From positions 25,668,001 to 25,732,000 of the forward strand of contig NC_042998.1 in NCBI RefSeq assembly GCF_006345805.1: DNA of 64,000 bases, read 5' to 3'. Source of the DNA: Octopus sinensis. Lineage: Eukaryota. Positions within the stretch are counted from its first letter, which is position 1, and every line of letters starts with the position of its first letter. This document shows positions 56,791 to 64,000 of the stretch, in pieces. The position numbers and the translations under genes were made by a program. Below the pieces are notes generated by a model. It ran no database searches. It had not been told where the DNA came from and was given only the letters and a program-made list of their open reading frames with translations.

Positions 56791-57850
56791 AGCAAACCTA
56801 GGTGGCAGCTTAAATTAAAAGTTATGCATTGTGAGCTGATCTAGGTGTATACACACAATTTATCAACAAATGAGATATATTCTCCATCTCAAAATGCAGT
56901 GAGTAGCTTCTTTCCCAGTTCGAACGTGCCTCAAGCATATTTGAACTGATAATAACATTGCAATTCCCCTTATCACTACTTAACACTAATCTTCCATAAC
57001 AAATGTATTTGTCTGTGAAATTGTCTTTCTTCTTTTTTGATACCAGTTCAGTTTTCGTGGATATATCCCACTGTGTCATCAGTAGACACTGTGTTTATAA
57101 AATATTTTTAAAAATTGTCTGACTAATAATTTTTCAAAAAGTGTCTTATCTCTCCCCCAAGCAGAAGAAAAAAAACTAACTAAACTTCTCACCACTCTAT
57201 GTAACAGGTCAACTAGACACTACTCAGAGAAAATAAAAATCTGAATTTGATTTGAACTTTGCTAGTGTGAAAGTTGAATTTTCTGATGAAGAAACACATT
57301 TTAAATATCCTTTTTATTTTTTCTTCAAAACAGAAGTATTTTGTGAATCTCAACATTATATTTAAAATTATTTGAATCTTAAGATATTTTATATTAAATT
57401 TTATTTAAAATATTTTTATTTTATCTTTTGGTACTCAATTTGCCATAAGAAATAAAATTTTCATTGCATTTTATTTATCTTAGCTTTAGCGTTGTAAGAG
57501 GTTCATTAAATCCTCAGAATATAAAATTATATAAAAATGAAATATATAAATAAAATTGATTGAAAGTTGCAAATAATATGAAACAGTGAAATAAAAAAAA
57601 TAATGTATTTTACATATCTGCTCCTACTAAACTGAGAAAGGAGAAATTGAAATGGCACAAATATATCTTTTCAAAGAATGTATCCAAAATAGCTATGGAA
57701 TTCTGTTAAATATAATTCAAAATAAGTGAAAAAATTTAACAGATAATGTTTCTGAAAAACAGCTTGAAACTCAGATTGAAACTTGAAATAGATATAGCTA
57801 GTAGAAGTATGATATGCTTGCCTTTGTGTGTGAATAAATACATGTATGCT

Positions 57851-57920
<70 letters not shown>

Positions 57921-58959
57921 CATATATATACCTATATATACATACATACATATATATATATTTATATATATATGCTTCTATATAAGGATTAGAAATGGAA
58001 GCATTTGCTTATATTTTGATGGGAAATTTATTTTAACCTTGAACTGAAATAAACTTAAGGCATATATATCTATGTACACACATGCACATACATATAAATA
58101 CATATACATATATATATACAACATGTAGATACTCCTACGAATGTGTATGCGAACTTAAATGTGTGTCTTCTTAAATATGAATTCTGCTGAGTATCTTACT
58201 GATTATTTGACGTATTCAGTTAATATTTTTTATGTTAGGGTATAAAATCTTCATTATATTAAATGCTTTTAGGAAAATAGATATTTTAAAACAATTTTTA
58301 TTCTTTTTTCAGAAACTAAACACCATTCTGTGTATTTGGAATTATCAAAATCTAAGCATGTTGAAGGTTGGTTCAACAAATCACGATATTATTTTAATAT
58401 AATCCTCAATGAAATCATTTTTGTCTATCAAATGAATGTTATAATAATTCAAGTTTTAGTAGGTATAATTGTGTCTCGGAAAAAATTGCAGTGACAATCA
58501 CGTTTGCGTTGAACAAATAAACTACAGAAGTGGTGTAAATGATGCTTAGAATAAACTTCAAGATTTTGTTGTCTGTTGCAAAAATTTTATCATGAAAGAA
58601 TTTGCAAGGAGTTCTCTTTCTAGAGATAAACTAAACAAAGTTGTCACTGTTTTGTTTGGTTTAAGCAATCATTGTTCAATAATGTTTAAAGCTTCTCAAT
58701 ACATAGATAGTGTTGATTAATTCAAACTATCATGCTCACCACATTAAATATGTTAGCATCTACTGTGTTTGCCAAAGTGTAAGATGCACATTTTAAGATT
58801 TCTAAAGGTATCAAAAAATTGCCCCACATTTGAGGCAGTCATATTACAGATGTGAGCCCAAATATTGAAGACTAGGGGTTGGATAAACATAACTCCACAA
58901 GGGACAACGAATGTTACAAATAATTAAAAGTTTAAAACAAGGTGTAGTCATGGCTGTGC

Positions 58960-59730
58960 AGAAGCGTTAGTATGCCAGGTGAAATGCTTAGTGGTATTTC
59001 GTCTCTGCCATTACATTCTGAGTTCAAATTCCACCGAGGTTGACTTAGCTTTTCATCCTTTTGGGGTCAATAAATTAAGTACCAGCTACACACTGGAGTC
59101 GATTACATCGACTTAATACCTTTGCCTGTCCTTATTTGTCCTCTCTGTGTTTAGCCCCTTGTGGGTAGTAAAGAAATAGGTATTTCGTCTACCATTACGT
59201 TCTGAGTTCAAATTCCACCGAGGTCGACTTTGCCTTTCATCCTTTCGGGGTCGATTAAATAAGTACCAGTTACGCACTTGAGTCGATGTAATCGACTTAA
59301 TCCGTTTGTCTGTCCTTGTTTGTCCTCTCTGTGTTTAGCCCCTTGTGGGTAGTAAAGAAATAGGTATTTCGTCTGCCGTTACGTTCTGAGTTCAAATTCC
59401 GCTGTGGTTGACTTTGCTTTTCATCCTTTTGGGGTCAATAAATTAAGTACCAGCTACACACTGGAGTCGATTACATCGACTTAATACCTTTGCCTGTCCT
59501 TATTTGTCCTCTCTGTGTTTAGCCCCTTGTGGGTAGTAAAGAAATAGGTATTTCGTCTGCCGTTACGTTCTGAGTTCAAATTCCGCCGAGGTCGACTTTG
59601 CCTTTCATCCTTTCGGGGTCGATAAATTAAGTACCAGTTACGCCCTGGAATCGATGTAATCGACTTAATCCGTTTGTCTGTCCTTGTTTGTCCTCTCTGT
59701 GTTTAGCCCCTTGTGAGTAATAAAGAAATA
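58960..59730 (+). repeat. Tandem array of four 184-bp SINE-C-derived units, A-B-A-B
   Basis: agttcaaatt anchors at 59021, 59205, 59389 and 59573. Confidence 0.92.
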
Positions 59731-60987
59731 AGAAGCTTACTTCTCAGCTACATGGTTGTGAGTCCAGTCCCATTACGTGCTAATTGGTCTGGCATCTTCT
59801 ACTGTAACCTCAGGCTGACCAAAGCCTTGTGAATCGATTTGGTATATGGAAACTGAAAGAATCCCGTTGTATGTGTGTGTGCATGTGTGCAGGTGTATGT
59901 GTTGTTGTTGTTTCTGTGTCTCCCACCGCTACTTGACAATTGGTGTTGGTGTGTTTATATCCCTGTAACATAGCAGTTCAACAAAATAAACTGATAGAAT
60001 AAGTACCAGACTGGAAAAAAAACAACATAAATACCTGGGTCGATTCATTTGGCTAAAATTCTTCATAGCAGTGCCCCAGTATGGCCACAGTCTCTTGACT
60101 GAAGTAAGTAAATGATAAAAGATAAAAGAAGCCAGAATATCACAGTCTATTGACATATATTTATGAAAAATTGTTTACAGTACATCAGTATTTACGTGGA
60201 GAGGTCGTATCATCTCATTAAACCACCTTCTCCAGCATACATAAAACCAACGCTTGATATATGTCTTATGTTATTTAATAACAGTGTTGCCTTTAAGAAA
60301 CATTTTTTTTTTAATTATCTAAAAGAAAAATCATTCTAAAAGATGAAAGAAATGTTAAGCTTCCATCTGCCTCTCAGCTATTTGCAACAATGAGTGGATG
60401 ACAACAAAACTATAGCAGTGGTGAGCCACCCTGGTGGCTGATTACAGTAACACAAAACATCATAATTAACAATCTGAGCTTTAAATCTTGTACGGCGGTT
60501 CTCTTGCCTAAAATATAAACAACTACACAGCTGATCTGAAAGAAGATAAAGATGGAATACAGTACCAATATAATGCAGTTAATACATGATAAATTTATGG
60601 TTTCATACTTTATTCTAGAAGGGTTATTACTCACCATATCATGGTTCACCTATCATACCCTCAGTACATCGCAGATTTTTCTGGCTAATATATGTAAATT
60701 TGTATTGCAGACTCCTCAGTATATCACAGGTTTCTGTGGCCAATGGATACTCTTTACTCTTTTTACTCTTTTTCTTGTTTCAGTCATTTGACTGTGGCCA
60801 TGCTGGAGCACCACCTTTAGTCAAGCAAATCGGCCCCAGGACTTATTCTTTGTAAGCCTAGTACTTATTCTATCGGTCTCTTTTTGCTAAACTGCCAAGT
60901 TACAGGGATGTAAACACACCAGTTTACATCAGTTGCCAAGTGATGTTGTGGGGGGACAAACACAGACACACAAACATATACACACAC

Positions 60988-61018
<31 letters not shown>

Positions 61019-63782
61019 CGATGAGCTTCTTTCAGTTTCCATCTACCAAATCCACTCACAAGGCTTTGGTCGGCCCATGGCTATTGTAGAAGACACTTGA
61101 TTGACTATTGTAGAAGACATTTGCTTGACTAAAGGCGATGCTCCAGCATGGCCGCAGTCAACTGACTGAAACAAGTAAAAGAGCAAAAAGAGTAAACAAT
61201 TTTCCTCTTGTGTTAAAAAGTTAAACATCTTTTAATTACACACACACACACACATATGATGGGGGTTCTGCACAGTTTCTGCCACCCAAGGTGGGACTGA
61301 ACCTGGAACCATGTGGTTGGTAAGCAAGCTACTTACCATACAGCCACTCCTGCACCTAGCATGCATGACACCATCAACTGAGTCGATTCCAATACTTGAA
61401 AGACTTATTTCGTCAACCTAAGGTAGATGAAAGATGAGATTGATTGCAAAGGGATTTTAATTCAAAATACAAAGGGATAAATACTTTGTGATATTTATCT
61501 AAATTTCTAAAGCCTTCTCTCACCTCGCTGTTTCCAATTCATAGCTACACTGCCCCAGGTATGTGAGTTAGTACTCCAGAGACAATTGCTTTGAACTTAC
61601 ACTTTGCACAGTGTTAACAAATGATAAGAAAATGAAGTATTTTAAGACTATTAAGAGAACACCTAACTTTTGAGATATACTTTACATTGTGTTGTTGATA
61701 TTTAATAGCTAAAAGACAGAAATTTTTAAAGAGTGCAGATTATAGTTGTGATGTTCTTGAGGAGAAAGGATGCAGTATTTGTAGAATATTTTCTTTATCT
61801 GCGAAGCTAGTGTGTCTTGATGTGATTAAACAAAACCAGATTATCATATTCTCTATTTTGCTACTGTTATTATTACCTCTGCCTTAGTGAAGGCGAAGGT
61901 ATTGTCCATGAACAAGATATCTCAAGAACCTCTGGATGGGTTCAGATGAAACTTTCAGGGATGTTTGGCCTCATGACTTGTATGAACTGAATTAGATTTT
62001 GGGATCGATCTGGTAGTGTACAAGGATTTTGGATTTGGTAGATGGAAACTGAAAGAAGCCCATCATGTATATGTATATATATATATGTGTGTGTGTGTGT
62101 GTGGTGTGTGTGTGTGTGTGTGCGTTTGTGTGTCTGTATTTGTCCCCACCCAACATCGCTTAACAACCGATGCTGGCGTGTTTATGTCCCCGTAACTTAG
62201 TGGTTCGGCAAAAGAGACCGATAGAATAAGTACTAGGCTTACAAAGAATAAGTTCTGGGCGATTTGTTCAACTAAAGGCGGTGCTCCAGCATGGGCACAG
62301 TCAATTGACTGAAACAAGTAAAAGAGCAAAAAGAGTAAACTATTTTCCTCTTATGTTAAAAAGTTAATCTGCTTTTAATTACACACACACACACATACAC
62401 ACACATACACACATACACACATGATGAGGTTTCTACACAGTTTCTGCCAACCAAATTTACTGAGAGGGCATTGGTCAGCCTGGGGATATAGCAGAAGGCA
62501 CTCCTCCAAGATGCCATGCCACAGGACTGACCTGAAACCACATGGTGGCAATGAAAGCTTCTCAGCCATTTCTTCATGCTTGTGTGCATAGGATTTTCAA
62601 GGAATGAAAGGTGATATCACCTGCAAAGAAATGAGCATGCTTAAAAGTGAATGCATTCAAGTTTTTGATGCATACAAAAGAACCTGGGTGGCATAGAATG
62701 TTAAGAAAGTAAGCCTTAAGTCATTTTAGAATTGGTATAACACTAGTTGAAGAGAGTTGGCGCAAATTGGCATTGAAAAATGTGACAGAAAACTTCCAGT
62801 CCAAGAGATAGAATATGGATGGAGCCTTAAGACTAGCAATTTTATTTAGAGATTCTTGTGCCATAAGCAGTTGATGGTTTGATATTATCAAAAATGAAAT
62901 ATGTTTCTGTTTCTAAAGTTACCATGAATGAGATGCCACCTGTGTATGATATATTTTGCAAAGGTGCAAATTATTACATTACTAAATATTAAGAATATAA
63001 GTGGTACAGAATCATATAAAAGTAATGTTAACAAAAGCCTCTCAAACATGTTTGAAGTGAATGACAATTTCGATACTTCAAAGAATTCAAAGAGAAAGAA
63101 AAGAGGAGTAGGGGAGAAAAGCAACAGAAAATAACAAAAATCAAATTAGATTTTATCCCAGTTATATATAAGGTTGGTGTGTGTATATTCTGTTGAGGAA
63201 TGGTAAAGTAGAGGGGGAAAAAAGTCGGAGTGAACAAACAGATTAAAGGTTTCATTTTCAGAACTAGAATTACTTCGGTTCTGATCAGTTGCTGACAGAG
63301 ACAATGTGGCTTCACATTTGCAGATGATGCTAGATATATTTGAAATAAATATTGAAATTCAATATCTACGAAATTGAATTAAAGTGAAAAAAGTAAATTG
63401 AATTAGATTTGAAGTTAATTTACTACAGTACGTAATTTGCTTTTAATCAAAATTTACTTTTAATACAAAAAGTATATTTGTGAAAGAATACAAAAAGGAG
63501 AGCTTTTTAGTTAGAATTGAATCCACACCCTCTTCTTCACAATTTTATATAATGAGCCAACATGCTACATGATATCGACAACTGGAACCTTCTCAAAGTT
63601 TTAATTGTTCCTCTTTAACATAAATCAGCTTCAAAACTACATAACATTGCCCAAGTGTATGAATTAAAAGAATTGACACTAACAAGGAAAAAATTTCGTT
63701 TTTGGATTTGGTTTGCAAGATTCTTTATATGATTTCTAGTGTTGAAGCATATTCTACTGTGTCTGGGGAGAGTCATTTTCTT

Positions 63783-64000
63783 TTTGTGCCTTATAATTTA
63801 ACACACCAGTAAAATTTCCACTTATTTCTTATTTTTATTTTCCTAAAATTTTCATTGCGTCTTGCAACCTTTTCGATAGTCTTGGCTATTGAAAAGACCA
63901 TTGGAAAGGTTGCAAGACGCAACGAAAATTTTAGAAAAAACTAAAAATAAGAAATAAGCGGAAATTTTACCGGTGAGTGTGATACATTATAAGGCACAAA
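63783..64000. repeat. Imperfect inverted repeat running to the window edge
   Basis: tttgtgccttataat...gcgtcttgcaacctttt versus aaaggttgcaagacgc...attataaggcacaaa; ~20-nt loop. Confidence 0.85.

Noticed and set aside
56822-57079. 85-aa minus-strand ORF
   Set aside because: No recognisable domain; conflicting splice signals on both strands.
57035-57090. Minus-strand CUGAUGA...GUGG/CCAC GAAA hammerhead look-alike
   Set aside because: 4-nt insert after A9, stem III does not pair, and stem I has no complement.
62590-63134. Decayed ORF-like stretch
   Set aside because: Multiple stops in every frame and no motif I can assign.

Overview
Eukaryotic, AT-rich, repeat-saturated DNA with no intact protein-coding gene that I can support. 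The SINE, RTE and microsatellite landscape looks like an Octopus (coleoid cephalopod) genome; that is my inference from pattern recognition, not a database match. The supplied ORFs are mostly microsatellite translations or pieces of dead transposons. Contents: about 25-30 copies or fragments of one tRNA-derived SINE and two further tRNA-SINE families; many 3' ends of an RTE-clade LINE with (ATG)n tails; a CR1/L2-type LINE 3' end; Tc1/mariner remnants including a DD37D (maT) transposase; two Helitron-like non-autonomous elements; MITEs; mini- and microsatellites; and one 100-N gap. The standout signal, invisible in the ORF track, is a set of type I hammerhead ribozyme (HHR) motifs of the Penelope-like-element (PLE) kind: five with intact cores and stems and five decayed or variant. 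Three loci carry them as outward-facing pairs in fold-back palindromes. One locus reads as a circularly permuted ~520-nt monomer, one is a 507-bp terminally redundant unit, and one sits at the centre of a ~1.9-kb inverted duplication that includes flanking DNA. Ribozyme activity is predicted from sequence only. Coordinates were counted by hand; repeat boundaries are approximate.
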